A DNA stretch of 64,000 nucleotides. Origin: Hemiscyllium ocellatum. Lineage: Eukaryota. Below the pieces are notes generated by a model, which was given only the letters and a program-made list of their open reading frames with translations, was not told the origin of the DNA and searched no databases. Within the stretch, counting starts at the first letter, position 1, and every line of letters begins with the position of its first letter. Location: the NCBI RefSeq assembly GCF_020745735.1, contig NC_083420.1, forward strand, positions 29,264,001-29,328,000. The letters are read 5' to 3'. Positions 62,525 to 64,000 of this stretch are shown here, piece by piece. Both the position numbers and the translations under genes were made by a program.

Positions 62525-63354
62525 GGTTGGAAAACTGCAGAGGAGAGATTTGTATGTCAGACTCAACTTACATGTAATAGAAAACTCCAAACAGCAACTG
62601 ACAAGTAAAAAGCAACTTTAATATAGTAAAAGCATCCAAGTTGCTACATAGACTGTTCTCGGCATAATATTTGATGTTGAATCATATAGCGACTGCCTCC
62701 AATGCAACTACATCCCTCAAGTAAGGGGACAAAACTTCACACAATACTCCAAGTGAGGTCTCATTAATGTCTTGTACAATTGCATCAACACTTCCCTACT
62801 TTTATACTGTATACTTTCAATTGAGGTAGATTTTTAAGAGAGATTAGAGAGAAGTGAAAAGTTTATTGAGGAAATCTCAGAACATAGGGCATCAGCAGCT
62901 CAAGATAAAGGCACCAGTAATGCAGCAATAAAATTGTTTTATGTATGTTACTATGTGAAATAGCGATGCTCTTTCACACTACAAAACATAGATGCTGCCA
63001 TCTCAATTACCAGGCACTTTCTTTTTCAGTCAACAGAACAATCTTTTTTAATCTTGTTTAACTGTTATCTATTTTCATTTTCCACTCATCTTTGATGTCC
63101 CCAGTATTGTGTTTGAATAGTAATTAGTTGACCATGACACAGTCTCAGTATTCTGCCTGAAATATGCCACTTTATAATAAAAACCACATGGATTAACATC
63201 TTAAAATGGAAATGCCAGGTGTGCGTTTTGGAAATCTATAAGCTGGCCACAATGCATAAAACAAAAAGAAGTAAATATAATTATTTCTCAACTTGTTCTT
63301 GTGTCCATTGCTATGCCAATGTAGTTATAAAGTATTCAAAATAACTCGTATTAC

Positions 63355-63590
63355 CTGACTGCAGCTCCTGGTCCTTGTGTTCACAGAATTGCTTGCAATG
63401 CTACAATTATGCTAAACCTTTATTATGACCCTTGTCCTTCAAATATCCTGATATGCATTTGGAAACCTTATAAAATAGCAACCTTTGCTTTGGAAATTTT
63501 GAAAAATTAGACTGTAAATGAAAGCAATATCTGATAAGTGTGTAAATTCAACATCTGTGCCCAAAGCCAACCATAATGCAAACAGTAAAG
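63355..63590 (-). promoter_or_regulatory. Candidate 5' non-coding exon and promoter of DNase I
   Basis: Donor-like CAG|GTAATA at 63355/63354, TATA-like ATAATAAA at about 63419-63426, CTGATAAG (GATA) at 63531 and GCAAACA (FOXA-like) at about 63578. Short motifs only. Confidence 0.3.
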
Positions 63591-64000
63591 GCTGCAAATG
63601 CTTACTCTGCTTTATTGGAGCAAGTCATGATTTGCAATCTACTTTGCTGGTTCCATTGGAGATGGGCATCGAGTAAGTTTTGTGCTGCCACATCGTTACT
63701 CTTCTTATAGTGGGGGAACCAAACATTGACTGTATTACCAGTGGCCTGACCACCCAATAGAAAACACAACAGTGCACAAAAGTAGCATGCATTACAGTTG
63801 GCACTCAGCTCTTAAAGGTAGACTATCCCTCTGAGAGAAACACTGTAGCACTGAACAAAGATTGACAGAAAATGATTTTGAAGTAAGGAAGGTCAAGAAA
63901 AATGATGCCCAATGTCAAGCAGAAGATTCCAAGACTTATCAAAAGTGCACAAGGTGTGCACAAGTGCAACTAGCAACTCAGTTAGTGTCCAGGGGAGTGA

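Overview
Eukaryotic, intron-rich vertebrate DNA. The repeat families and the DNase I sequence point to a shark or other cartilaginous fish (inference). Three host genes can be assembled by hand from GT-AG exons. (1) PTX4 on the minus strand: exons 1-2 only, and the pentraxin-domain exon is not in the window. (2) A complete 7-exon ECI1 on the plus strand (21012-42085, 306 aa), head-to-head with PTX4. (3) A complete 8-coding-exon DNase I (DNASE1/DNASE1L2 pro-ortholog) on the minus strand (62524-49913, 282 aa), tail-to-tail with ECI1. The rest is mostly mobile DNA: many CR1-type LINEs, a near-complete Tigger/pogo transposon, a Tigger-type MITE, V-SINE (HE1-like) copies, a Harbinger remnant, a 1.53-kb solo LTR in a DNase I intron, and Penelope-like elements (PLEs). 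The main PLE is a 4.1-kb partial tandem with a target-site duplication, carries a minimal hammerhead ribozyme in each pseudo-LTR, and ends about 0.6 kb upstream of ECI1. Almost all ORFs in the supplied track are TE fragments or antisense shadows. I found no wholly new system that I can prove. The best leads are the paired PLE hammerheads, the sense-oriented solo LTR in DNase I, a locally templated 33-bp insertion, and the shark DNase I substitutions.
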